From positions 1-34,760 of the IMG/VR virus record IMGVR_UViG_2600255154_000001: a stretch of DNA of 34,760 bases. One strand, given 5' to 3'. The notes beneath the pieces were generated by a model. The model worked only from the letters and a program-made list of their open reading frames with translations, did not search any database and was not told where the DNA came from. Shown piece after piece: positions 1 through 9,188 of the stretch (its first letter is position 1; each line of letters begins with the position of its first letter). Both the position numbers and the translations under genes were made by a program. Source of the stretch: a virus.

Positions 1-171
1 ATGACGATTCGAGCGTTCAAGACGATCAAGGCGATGACGCAGCTCGTCGGCGCAGCGGCCGGGGTGTACTCGATGTACCTCGGTGCGGACCCGCTGACGG
101 CGTTCGCGCTTATTGCGTTCATCGTATCCGGACCGGAAGCGCTCGAGTACGTCATTTCTGAACAGAACTGA
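1..171 (+). CDS. Small membrane protein (56 aa)
   Basis: Manual translation MTIRAFKTIKAMTQLVGAAAGVYSMYLGADPLTAFALIAFIVSGPEALEYVISEQN; two hydrophobic stretches; its TGA overlaps the next ATG at 171. Confidence 0.7.
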   Translation: MTIRAFKTIKAMTQLVGAAAGVYSMYLGADPLTAFALIAFIVSGPEALEYVISEQN

Positions 172-278
172 TGGCCACGTGCTCGAGCTGCGGACTCGAG
201 GACATCTTCGATGCGCCGGCGACGACCGACGCGGGAGATGACGTCTGCCTCGGCTGCCACGAACCTACCGAGAATTAA
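171..278 (+). CDS. Zinc-finger microprotein (35 aa)
   Basis: MATCSSCGLEDIFDAPATTDAGDDVCLGCHEPTEN with two CxxC pairs; coupled to the upstream gene by a TGATG overlap; below the ORF-track cutoff. Confidence 0.7.
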   Translation: MATCSSCGLEDIFDAPATTDAGDDVCLGCHEPTEN

Positions 279-327
279 ACATATCTAGAGGCCGCCGGGG
301 GCGATGGCGACGACCCGTGCTCGAGCA

Positions 328-342
328 TATTTAAAGTATAAA
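328..342 (+). promoter_or_regulatory. Archaeal TATA box, probable late/packaging operon promoter
   Basis: TATTTAAAGTATAAA, an AT island in GC-rich DNA, about 35 nt upstream of the ATG at 377. Confidence 0.6.
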
Positions 343-376
343 CCACCCCGCGACACTGCACGACGCTTCTGACCCT

Positions 377-1090
377 ATGTCGACCAGAGAACGCAGAGTC
401 ACGCTCGCCCTGAAGTGGCATCATCTCGACAATCTCTCAGCAGGAGAGGTTCGAGACCGCTTCGAGCGCGAGGGGATCGGAGACTACGCACTCTCGACGA
501 TCCGGGACTACCTCAACGAGCAGCCGAAGGAGGAGGTCCTCGAGGCGATCGAGCAGGAGCACGCCGACGTCCGGCTGCAGATCGCCGAACGTGAGGAGCG
601 GATGTACCGCCGGGCTCGCGAGGCTGAAGCCGCGGCGACCGAGGACGAACCCATCCGGCGTACCGTTCCGAAGACCGACACCGTCCCTGCAGACCGGGAA
701 AGCCCGATGCCGTGGCCGGCGTGGGAGATCGTCGAGCCTGACGACCCTGACCGCCCCGAGTGGGCCGAGGAACGAGACATCGTGATTCGGTTCGACGAAG
801 ACCACCGCACGCAGGTGATGCCTGGAGAGCCCTACCCAGTTCGTTCGATCGACGGATCGCCGACCTACACGACCGAGATGGTCGGCCTCGAGCGCGACGT
901 CGACGACCTGAAGCAGCAGGCGATGGCGCGCCAAGAGCAGTCGAGCCACCTGCAGGCGAAGGGCGACGTACTTGGCGTCTACTCCGAGAAGATCGAGCTG
1001 GAGGGCGACCTCGAGCACAGTGGCGGCTTCGACGTCTCGATCACGCACCACCGCGTCACCGAGGAGGACACTGATGTCGATAACGAGTAA
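377..1090 (+). CDS. Probable terminase small subunit
   Basis: N-terminal HTH-like segment, coiled middle, C-terminal EKIELEGDLEHSG beta tail; overlaps the terminase large subunit start. Confidence 0.7.
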   Translation: MSTRERRVTLALKWHHLDNLSAGEVRDRFEREGIGDYALSTIRDYLNEQPKEEVLEAIEQEHADVRLQIAEREERMYRRAREAEAAATEDEPIRRTVPKTDTVPADRESPMPWPAWEIVEPDDPDRPEWAEERDIVIRFDEDHRTQVMPGEPYPVRSIDGSPTYTTEMVGLERDVDDLKQQAMARQEQSSHLQAKGDVLGVYSEKIELEGDLEHSGGFDVSITHHRVTEEDTDVDNE

Positions 1091-2411
1091 AGGGGTTGCG
1101 GTCGACACGACCGGTGGCACCCTCGATCTCGACTGGGGGTTCTGGGACGCCCAGCTCGACGCGATCGCGGCGCTGGAGTCCGGCCAGTACGACGTCGTCA
1201 ACTTCCGGGGTGGCTACGGCTCCGGGAAGACGATCCTTGGCTCGCGATGGATTATGGAAAAGGCGACGGAGGTCTCCGGCTCTGACAACCTGATCATCGC
1301 ACCGGACTCCCAGAAGGGCGGACCGACGACGTACAAAGTCTTCTTCGAGGAGCTCCCAGGCGAGGACACCGTCCCCGACGAGGGCGGCGACCCCGAGAAC
1401 TCGCCGTTCGTTGCCGAGTACAACCGAAACGAGCGGCGCATCACGTGGTTCAACGGCTCGGTCGTCCGTCTCGGCAGCGCCGACGTCTGGAACCGGTACG
1501 CTGGCGGGGAGTTCAACGCCATCTGGTGTGACGAGGTCGCTCACTACGAACACACCGACATTTTCGACCTCAACCGGATGCTGCTCTCTCGACAGCGCAC
1601 CCGTGATGGGCCGAACGTCACCCTCTGGACGTCGACGGGGAACGGGTATAACCAGTACCACGACTTCGTCGAGCTCCAGGAGACACCCGACGGTGACGAT
1701 CTCCCGACGCGCCTCATCAACGTCGTCGCCGACTCGCGGAACAATCCGTTCCTCTCCGAGAAGGAGAAGCTGGTTCGGCAGTTCGAGGGAACGGCGAAAG
1801 AGGATCAGGGCCTCGCCGGCGGCTTCGCCGCTGCGGAGGGACTCGTCTACTCGGAGTTCTCACGACCCACACACGTCCGCTCTCGTTGCGACGTTGACGT
1901 CCGAGACGACTGGCGGCTGTACGGATACGACTACGGGTTCAAGGACCCGCGTGTGCTGCTGGAGATCGGCAAGACGCCGGCTGACCAGTACGTTGTGCTC
2001 GACTCATACTACGAGCGCCAACAGCCGGTCGAGCACCTCGTCGACCCTGACGATGGCTCAGGTTGGGTGATCCGGGAGGAGAAGCCCACCGGAGAGCTCT
2101 ACTCCGACCACGAACCCGAGCACATCCAGAAATTCCGTGACGCTGGCTTCGAGGCGTACGCCGCGACTAAGGACATCAGTGAGGGTATCGACGAAGTACG
2201 GAGCGTTCTCGACACTGACGTCGACGATCGTCCTGGTCTCCTCGTCCTCGAGGACTGCACGGATCTCATCAAGGAGTTTCAGAGCTACAAGGAGGAAGAC
2301 GTCGGGACGAGTCGGGCCGATGACCACGCCCTCGACGCGCTTCGGTACGCCCTGATGGGCGATCGGTATGTTGAGGAAGACGATGGCGCCGGCGGCTCGG
2401 GGACCTGGTGA
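1074..2411 (+). CDS. terL: Terminase large subunit
   Basis: Walker A GGYGSGKT, Walker B AIWCDE, nuclease motifs YDYGFKDP and DHALDALRY; start moved to ATG 1074, which follows GAGGAGG at 1061-1067. Confidence 0.95.
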   Translation: MSITSKGVAVDTTGGTLDLDWGFWDAQLDAIAALESGQYDVVNFRGGYGSGKTILGSRWIMEKATEVSGSDNLIIAPDSQKGGPTTYKVFFEELPGEDTVPDEGGDPENSPFVAEYNRNERRITWFNGSVVRLGSADVWNRYAGGEFNAIWCDEVAHYEHTDIFDLNRMLLSRQRTRDGPNVTLWTSTGNGYNQYHDFVELQETPDGDDLPTRLINVVADSRNNPFLSEKEKLVRQFEGTAKEDQGLAGGFAAAEGLVYSEFSRPTHVRSRCDVDVRDDWRLYGYDYGFKDPRVLLEIGKTPADQYVVLDSYYERQQPVEHLVDPDDGSGWVIREEKPTGELYSDHEPEHIQKFRDAGFEAYAATKDISEGIDEVRSVLDTDVDDRPGLLVLEDCTDLIKEFQSYKEEDVGTSRADDHALDALRYALMGDRYVEEDDGAGGSGTW

Positions 2412-3913
2412 TACCTATGGCTGATGATACTACCGAGACTGATGAGATGACGGGAGCATCGACCGACGACGTCTCCGATGCTGATAGCGTGGAGGAACTC
2501 ATCGCTGCGGATGACGGGTTCTCGTCCCGCCAGGAGTTCCAGATGCGGTTCGCCCTTGCCCAGGCGCTCGGTGATAACCTGCCGGGAGACGAGGACTACT
2601 ACGAGGTCTTCAACTGGGATGAGCAGCCCACGATTGAGGACTTCTTCTCGCTCGCGCTCCGGAACCCGTACGCCTATGCGGTGACCTTCCTACCACCGCA
2701 AACGACGTGGCGAGACCCGCCGAAGATATCCGATAAAAAAGAACCCTCCGGGGACGTCGATGAGACGGAGTTCGAATCGGACGTCAACACCCTCGTCGAC
2801 GATCTCCGTCTCTGGCACTACTGTCGTCGCTCGGACAAACTCGCCGGCATCGGGAAATTCGGCGTTCTCGTTCTCGAGTTTGACGACACCAATTCGACGG
2901 ATGATTTCTCAAGTCCGGTTGACGAAGGGGCCGAGCTGACTGGTCTCCGGCCGTTCTCTCGGATGTCGGTCACGGACCTCTCAGTTGGCGGTCCGGGTTC
3001 GGGGCGCTGGGGAGAACCACTCGAATATACACTCGACTTTTCGGACGAGAACGAGACGGAAAGCATCATCAGCCAGAAGGGGCCGGAAACGATCGACGTC
3101 CATTGGCAGCGGGTGATCCACATCCCGAGTGAGGAGCTGCTGGACGATGAGCTCCGAGGCGTGGAGCGACAGAAGCCGGTCTACAACAACCTGATCGACA
3201 TCGAGAAGTCGCTCGGCGCCGCCGGCCAGCTGGCGTATCGGGCGGCCGCCTGGGGCATCCACGTCAACATCGACAAGGATTACCAAGTGGACGATGACGG
3301 TGATAAACTCCGAGAACACCTTCAGCGCTGGCAACACGGCTTGGAGAACGTTCTACGCACTCACGGCGCCGACGATGTGAAGAGTCTCGGTGGTGAGGAC
3401 ATCGATCCCGGTCCCATCATCGACCCGAATGTCGAGGCGATCTCCGCCCAGACCGGCATCCCTCAGAGCGTCCTCAAGGGGAACGAGACTGGCGAGCGGG
3501 CGACGTCTCAAGACCTCAAGGAGTGGTACGGGAAGATCGCTGAGCGGCGGAACGAGTTCGTCGAACCGCAGATCGTCCGGGCACTCCTCGACCGGCTTCG
3601 AGACATCGGCACGATCGCGGACCCCAAGGGCGAGGGATACGACGTCGACTGGACGCCACTGGCGGAGATGTCCGAGGCCGACCGGGCAAACGTCCGGGAG
3701 ACGCGGGCGAAGATTCTCGACACCTGGCCGTTCGCGACGGACCTGCTGACTCCGGAACAACAGCGTGCGTTCGTCGAAAACGGCGAGATCCCGTCCGAGC
3801 TTGAGCAGACGGAGCTCCCGCCGTTGGATGAGTCGAACCCAGACGTCCAGGCTCAATTTGACCGCCTCAAGGCGCTTGCCGACGGCGGCCAGGTGGCTGA
3901 CAGTGGCCAGTGA
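2408..3913 (+). CDS. Portal protein (DUF1073-like)
   Basis: About 500 aa directly after terL; GIPQSVLKGNETGERATSQD and WYGKIAERR segments are typical of this portal class. Confidence 0.88.
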   Translation: MIPMADDTTETDEMTGASTDDVSDADSVEELIAADDGFSSRQEFQMRFALAQALGDNLPGDEDYYEVFNWDEQPTIEDFFSLALRNPYAYAVTFLPPQTTWRDPPKISDKKEPSGDVDETEFESDVNTLVDDLRLWHYCRRSDKLAGIGKFGVLVLEFDDTNSTDDFSSPVDEGAELTGLRPFSRMSVTDLSVGGPGSGRWGEPLEYTLDFSDENETESIISQKGPETIDVHWQRVIHIPSEELLDDELRGVERQKPVYNNLIDIEKSLGAAGQLAYRAAAWGIHVNIDKDYQVDDDGDKLREHLQRWQHGLENVLRTHGADDVKSLGGEDIDPGPIIDPNVEAISAQTGIPQSVLKGNETGERATSQDLKEWYGKIAERRNEFVEPQIVRALLDRLRDIGTIADPKGEGYDVDWTPLAEMSEADRANVRETRAKILDTWPFATDLLTPEQQRAFVENGEIPSELEQTELPPLDESNPDVQAQFDRLKALADGGQVADSGQ

Positions 3914-4910
3914 AGACCCGACCCGGACAAAGACCATCCGTCGAACCTACGAACAGCGTCTCCGGGGCGGATTCGGGCGCATCAACTCGACGATCCGGGA
4001 GGCCGTAATCAAGGACGACGTCTTTGGCCTTCGAGAACCGGAAACGTCTGACGGCGTGGAGGTCTTTGCAGCTGACGACGTCGACCCCCCGCCAGACCTT
4101 CGGACGTTGTCGGAAGCTGAACAGGTGGAGCGCTTCGAGGAGTGGCTTGCCGAGGCTCAGGAATCGGAAGTCCTCGAGGTCATCGAGCGTGACGAGAACC
4201 GGTTCGTTCGACGGGCGTACGAGCGTGGCCTCGAGGACGCTGATACGAACCTCCGGAAGGCAGGTGTTGATGTTCCGGGGACCGACGTCGAGTCCCTGAT
4301 GCGGCGGCCAGTTCACGAGGAACGGCTTCAGCTCATCTTCTCGAGGAACTTCGCCGAGTTGGATGGTATCACGAACGCGGTCTCTCAACAGGTCTCCCGT
4401 GAGCTGGCTGACGGGATTGCACAGGGGCAGAGCCCGAGTGCGATCGCACGCCGGATCACTGATCGGGTCAACAAGATTGGGAAGACGAGGGCGTCGGCCC
4501 TGGCTCGTGACCAGGTCGTCTCAACGCACGCGGAGGCGACACTGCAGCGCTACAAGGAGCAGGACGTCGAGGAGGTCGGTATCGACCCAGAGGTTCGCGT
4601 TTCCACTGCCGGCGACACCCTCGTCTGTGACCGCTGTCAGGCGGCCGCCGATGGCAGCCCTTACACGATCGAGGAGCTCGAGCAGAACTCGCATCTCCGA
4701 CCTGCAATCCATCCGAACTGCAGGTGTGCCGTGGTCCCCGTGGCGAACACCGAGGCGGCAGCCGCCTACCGAGCCCATCCCACGGCATTCCGGGAGTTAC
4801 ACGCGGTTGGTGCGTTCCGTCGCGGTGTAACCTACGAGGCGCTCGCCGGCGCCGATCGTGATGGCGCTGCCGAGCTGGTGGCGACGCATACGGGTGCTGT
4901 TCTAGCGTGA
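3903..4910 (+). CDS. Head morphogenesis protein (SPP1 gp7 / MuF family)
   Basis: After the portal; ARDQV, CDRC and HPNCRC motifs; start inferred at GTG 3903, overlapping the portal end. Confidence 0.88.
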   Translation: MASEDPTRTKTIRRTYEQRLRGGFGRINSTIREAVIKDDVFGLREPETSDGVEVFAADDVDPPPDLRTLSEAEQVERFEEWLAEAQESEVLEVIERDENRFVRRAYERGLEDADTNLRKAGVDVPGTDVESLMRRPVHEERLQLIFSRNFAELDGITNAVSQQVSRELADGIAQGQSPSAIARRITDRVNKIGKTRASALARDQVVSTHAEATLQRYKEQDVEEVGIDPEVRVSTAGDTLVCDRCQAAADGSPYTIEELEQNSHLRPAIHPNCRCAVVPVANTEAAAAYRAHPTAFRELHAVGAFRRGVTYEALAGADRDGAAELVATHTGAVLA

Positions 4911-4920
4911 CCTGACCGAC

Positions 4921-4975
4921 CAGGTCCGATGACCCCCTGACGAATTCACGTGAGAGCGTGCGGGGCGAGGACCTG
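4921..4975 (+). promoter_or_regulatory. Predicted kink-turn RNA element upstream of the prohead protease gene
   Basis: CAGGUCC/GGACCUG stem, GAU bulge, tandem G.A/A.G pairs, C.C pair, CCCC/GGGG stem. Confidence 0.55.
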
Positions 4976-4990
4976 GGCTGCATTTGAACT

Positions 4991-6346
4991 ATGGACGATA
5001 CACAGGACATCCGCGTCTCGGCGCGGACAGCGCGACTACTCGCCAGCGATGACGACGTCGATGACGGCCCACCGTGGCGGTTTTCGGGCGTCTCTGTCGC
5101 TGCGGGTGACATTCTCCATATGGATGACGGGACGCCAGTCCTGTTTACCAAGGAGGAATTGCGTAAAGCCGCCGAGACTCAGGCTGGCGAACCGCTCACC
5201 AAAGACCACCCGGCGGACGAGTCGGGCAACCCACAGTATCCCCCACCGACCGACGAAACGGTTGGAAAGGTCCCGAAGGCGAACTACGTCGAGGCCCACG
5301 AGGCCGTCGGGTACGAGGCAACCACCCACGTCAAGGAGATCGCCCAGGGCGTCCAGGGCGAAAGCTACGACGTCTCCGTTCATCCGACGTTCGAGCTCGG
5401 AGAGAAGGACCCCGAGACGGGTGCATACATCGCTCGGAACATCCAGTTCCTCGATCTCTCGGTCGTCAGCAAGGGCGACTCTCCCAGCAACACGGCCAAG
5501 TGGGGGCCCAATCAGGCGCTGGCGTCAGCGACCCGGTCGGGCGAGATCACAGCTGAACTGACGTCTACCGGTGACGGAGCTGATGGAAGCAGTACGCAAG
5601 GGGGCGTCAGAGAAGCAGTTCGTGGGACGCTCGATGCGCTCGGTCTCTCCTTTGCGGACGTCCAGGCGGACGCCGACGGCTGGCAGCCATCTGACGGGGC
5701 GGGACATCTCCCGACCGAAGACGGTGACGGTGGACAGCGCGGGAACGAAGGGGCGGAATCCTCTGCGGATCGCGGTTCTTCAACACAGATGGACGAAACC
5801 ACGCGAGAGCAGTACGTGTCGTTCCTGACCGCGAACGCCGGCTTCGACGAGGAGTCGGTCAACGCGATGGACGACGACGTACTCGAACGGACGTACGAAC
5901 TCGCCGCTGAAGGCGCCGCCAGTGATGGCGGCGGTGACGGGGGCAGCACTACTGAGGACGACGATGACGAGGAGAAGACGCTCGCCGAGATGACGCCGGA
6001 TGAGGCAGCGTCGGAACTCGGCGATGCGCTTCGCGACCAGGGCTTCATCACCGAAGACAACGCGGACGAGGTCGTCGCGCAGGTGAAGGAAGAAGCCTCG
6101 AAGGGAGAGAAGGTCGACGCGATCATCGCTCACAGTGACGACTACGATGAGGATGACCGGGAAGATCTGATGGCCTCTGCGGACAGCCTCGTCGAGCGAG
6201 AGCACGATCGAGTTACTGGGCAGAGTGGCGTCAGCATCTCTGGCTCCGCCGGCGTGACGGCGTCGGTTGGTGCCCCGATGCCCGGCGCCGCTGACGGTGA
6301 GGCCGACGATCTCGATGACTACGACACGGGCGTCGCGGACCAGTGA
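4991..6346 (+). CDS. Prohead protease / scaffold protein
   Basis: Between MuF and the capsid genes; N-terminal folded domain with DHP and LSVVSKG motifs; long acidic low-complexity C-terminal scaffold. Confidence 0.8.
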   Translation: MDDTQDIRVSARTARLLASDDDVDDGPPWRFSGVSVAAGDILHMDDGTPVLFTKEELRKAAETQAGEPLTKDHPADESGNPQYPPPTDETVGKVPKANYVEAHEAVGYEATTHVKEIAQGVQGESYDVSVHPTFELGEKDPETGAYIARNIQFLDLSVVSKGDSPSNTAKWGPNQALASATRSGEITAELTSTGDGADGSSTQGGVREAVRGTLDALGLSFADVQADADGWQPSDGAGHLPTEDGDGGQRGNEGAESSADRGSSTQMDETTREQYVSFLTANAGFDEESVNAMDDDVLERTYELAAEGAASDGGGDGGSTTEDDDDEEKTLAEMTPDEAASELGDALRDQGFITEDNADEVVAQVKEEASKGEKVDAIIAHSDDYDEDDREDLMASADSLVEREHDRVTGQSGVSISGSAGVTASVGAPMPGAADGEADDLDDYDTGVADQ

Positions 6347-6357
6347 GGTGATCCTGA

Positions 6358-6849
6358 ATGGCACCACTATCTACTGAGAACTCGGTCAAGGCAAAGACCC
6401 ACAACCAGCCTGCGTTCGACGACGACGTCGCTCTCGAGGAGCTCGAACCTGGCCAGGGCGCTGTCCGCGGTGACGGCGGCTTCGCAGCTGCCGGCGTCGA
6501 CTCGCCGACCAAGCGGGTCGTCCGCGAGCAGCGAAACCCGGGTGGGCTCGGCATCGAGGACGATGAAAGTCCTCTGATGAAGTCGTACCCGGCAGGGAAG
6601 AACGCGGAGACGCTCGGCTTCCAGAGTCACGATCAGGCCCGCCTGCTCGTGGCCTACGCCGACGTCGACGGCGATGGATCCAACGACACCTACCAGGAGG
6701 GCGCCGATCTCGGCTGGAACGCCAACGGCTACCTCGAGGTGATCAGTGGCGGCACCCCCACAGAGGCTGTCGGCTTCATCGCACAGGAGGAGAGCGTGAC
6801 GATGGCCAGTGCAGACAACCCGACCCACGTTCTCGTGGAGTTCTACTGA
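6358..6849 (+). CDS. Probable head decoration / capsid cement protein
   Basis: 163 aa, Gly-rich, beta-type, immediately before the major capsid gene; preceded by GAGGTGAT. Confidence 0.65.
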   Translation: MAPLSTENSVKAKTHNQPAFDDDVALEELEPGQGAVRGDGGFAAAGVDSPTKRVVREQRNPGGLGIEDDESPLMKSYPAGKNAETLGFQSHDQARLLVAYADVDGDGSNDTYQEGADLGWNANGYLEVISGGTPTEAVGFIAQEESVTMASADNPTHVLVEFY

Positions 6850-6860
6850 GGTGATTCACT

Positions 6861-8012
6861 ATGTCAACTAAGTCTAACGTTACGGAGCATCAGCCGGAGA
6901 TGGCCGAGGAGTTCGAGGGCCCCAGCCGCCTACACGAGACGGCGCTGTTCAACCCGGTTCGGCGGGCTCGGGAGAAGGCGTGGAAGCAGATCCGCGCCCA
7001 GTCCCCGCTCGGTCCTGACCAGTGGGACGACCTCGACGAGGCGGTCGGAATCAAGAACCCATCTGCAGAGCTCACTGCGGACTCGACGGTCACTGTCGAC
7101 TCCTGGCAGGAGTACGCGGAGACGATCCTCGATGACCAGTTCGTCGAGAGCACGGTGATCGACCAGCTGCTCGGCGCTGGCTTCGGCGTGTCCACCAGCC
7201 TGTTCCGCTACGCGTACTTCGACCGTCTCCGTAGTGAGCGGATGGAAGCCGATCGGACGATGAACGCTCGCTCTCGAAGCGTGCAGTCGATGCCCAGCCA
7301 CGGGCTCCACGGTGTCCCGCTCTGGGTCCACCACGTCGACTACGAGTTCGACAGCCGGGAGTTCCAGAACGCGATGCAGTTCGGCGACGACCTGGACACG
7401 TCGATCGGGCAGGAAGCTCGTCGAGCGCTCAACCGCTCAGAGCACGGGCTTCTGTGGAACGGTGAGGGCCGCGAGATTCAGACCGAGCGTGGAACGCTGA
7501 TGGTCACCGGTCTCGACACGGATGACAGCCTGATTCTCCAGGCCTCTGGGTCGAACGGCTGGATCAACGATCCGAACGAGATCCTGGCGGACTTCAAGGA
7601 ACTCCACGATACGATCGAGGACCAGACCGACGTCCAGGACACCGACGACGTCCCGCTGGTTTCGCAGGTCGGCGGCTGGGTGTTCGTGCCGCGCGCCCTC
7701 TGGGGTGAAGTCGACCGGGAAGACTACGAGACGTCCGCGACCGACGAGCCGATTATGGAGCGGCTCCAGCGGAAGTACCCGTACATCAACATCGTCCCGG
7801 CCCCGCGGCTGGATGCTGACACGTGCATCCTGCTGCTGAACGACCCGCGGTACTTCCAGATCGTCACTGCCCAGGGCGTCACCAACACGAACTGGGAGGT
7901 CGACGGCGGGTTCGGACTCCGCAACAAGACGCTCAGCTCTCGGACGCCGTTCGTCCGTCGCAGCCCCGACGGCATCCGTGGACTCGTTCGGATGACCGGC
8001 ATCAACGCCTGA
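6861..8012 (+). CDS. Major capsid protein (HK97 fold)
   Basis: 383 aa at the canonical position; ALNRSEHGLLWNG segment and a C-terminal beta strand pattern typical of HK97-fold capsids; preceded by GAGGTGAT. Confidence 0.85.
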   Translation: MSTKSNVTEHQPEMAEEFEGPSRLHETALFNPVRRAREKAWKQIRAQSPLGPDQWDDLDEAVGIKNPSAELTADSTVTVDSWQEYAETILDDQFVESTVIDQLLGAGFGVSTSLFRYAYFDRLRSERMEADRTMNARSRSVQSMPSHGLHGVPLWVHHVDYEFDSREFQNAMQFGDDLDTSIGQEARRALNRSEHGLLWNGEGREIQTERGTLMVTGLDTDDSLILQASGSNGWINDPNEILADFKELHDTIEDQTDVQDTDDVPLVSQVGGWVFVPRALWGEVDREDYETSATDEPIMERLQRKYPYINIVPAPRLDADTCILLLNDPRYFQIVTAQGVTNTNWEVDGGFGLRNKTLSSRTPFVRRSPDGIRGLVRMTGINA

Positions 8013-8017
8013 TCGCT

Positions 8018-8443
8018 ATGACTGACAACACAGTCCAGGTCCGTGTGTCCGGTGCGCAGTACCGCTTCAACCGCGAGCAGTACACGGAAGGCGACGAGCT
8101 CGAAGTCCCCGAACGCGTCGCCGAGCGTCACCCGCGGAGCCTCGAGGTCATCGGGGATGGTGATGACGAGTCGGCCGACGCCGGCGACGAGGATACCCCT
8201 GACGCTGAGGATGGGGCTGCTGACTCCGAGGGTGGTGATGAACCGCCCGACTTCGGGGTCGATCTCGAAGAGGTCGATCCCCACCCGAACGACCTGTCGG
8301 TCTCGGAGCTCCGCGACCGGATCAGTGACGTCAACGACGTCGATCTGCTGCAGGCTATCCGACACCTGGAGAGTGAGTCGGAGGACCGGAAGACGGCGCT
8401 GGAGGCGATCGACGACCGCATCGCCGCTGTTGAGGAGGAGTAA
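8018..8443 (+). CDS. Virion-associated protein: beta module, acidic linker, small helical (HeH-like) module
   Basis: Start refined to ATG 8018; located after the capsid gene; C-terminal motif ESESEDRKTALEAI. Confidence 0.75.
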   Translation: MTDNTVQVRVSGAQYRFNREQYTEGDELEVPERVAERHPRSLEVIGDGDDESADAGDEDTPDAEDGAADSEGGDEPPDFGVDLEEVDPHPNDLSVSELRDRISDVNDVDLLQAIRHLESESEDRKTALEAIDDRIAAVEEE

Positions 8444-8449
8444 CTCCCG

Positions 8450-8815
8450 ATGGTCGACCCAGTTGCTACCCCGTCGGACGTCCGCGTGGAGATCTCCACG
8501 TACCTCGACGACACCGAGATAACCCCCATCATCGAACGTGTTTCCCGCGACATCGAACGGGATGATGACGTCGTCGGTCTGGACGGTCCAGATCGGAAGG
8601 ATCTGGAAGCTGTTCTCGCAGCACGCCATATCGCCACGACTCGGGACCGGGCTGAGTCGAGCAGTAGTGCAGGCCCGGCGTCGGTCGAGTACGAGCAGTC
8701 TCTCATCGACGAACTGACAGCCCGTGCTCGCCGACTCGGCGCGACCGACGAGCTGCTGGGTCTCGAGGCCACGAAGCCGACTGCCACGATCGACGTCCCG
8801 GAGACGAGGGGCTGA
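8450..8815 (+). CDS. Probable head-tail adaptor
   Basis: 121 aa helical protein with SSSAGPASVEY (S.s.G..SvsY-type motif); neck position. Confidence 0.65.
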   Translation: MVDPVATPSDVRVEISTYLDDTEITPIIERVSRDIERDDDVVGLDGPDRKDLEAVLAARHIATTRDRAESSSSAGPASVEYEQSLIDELTARARRLGATDELLGLEATKPTATIDVPETRG

Positions 8816-8816
8816 G

Positions 8817-9188
8817 ATGCAGGGGGCGCTCTACCGACTGATCGACAAGCTGGGTGTTGAAGTCCAGCTGGTCAATTACGAGTCGCAGGGGAGTAGCTCC
8901 CGCGGGACTCATTGGACCCCCATCGACTCGGATCCGGACCCGATTATGGCGATCCCCGACCCGGGATCGAAGTCGCTGGGATACGACGCGCTGTTCGGCG
9001 CCGAGGTTGACGCCGACACGGTCTACCTGCTCCGTGATGAGTACGACCAGCTTCGCGATGGCGGTGGCGATGGGGCCAGTCGGATCATCGATGGCGACGA
9101 CGTCTTCGTTGTCGTCGACGCGGAGACCAGACGTCAGCACGGGTTGGCTGTCCTCGAGTGTAACCGCGACACGGAGAGTGACCTATGA
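8817..9188 (+). CDS. Probable head closure / stopper protein
   Basis: 123 aa beta-rich ORF from ATG 8817; follows the adaptor; DRI/IDG-type strand pattern. Confidence 0.6.
   Translation: MQGALYRLIDKLGVEVQLVNYESQGSSSRGTHWTPIDSDPDPIMAIPDPGSKSLGYDALFGAEVDADTVYLLRDEYDQLRDGGGDGASRIIDGDDVFVVVDAETRRQHGLAVLECNRDTESDL

Noticed and set aside
4928-4975. Hammerhead ribozyme (CTGACGA present at 4937-4943)
   Set aside because: No GAAA core strand after a stem II and no matching third stem; the k-turn reading fits better.
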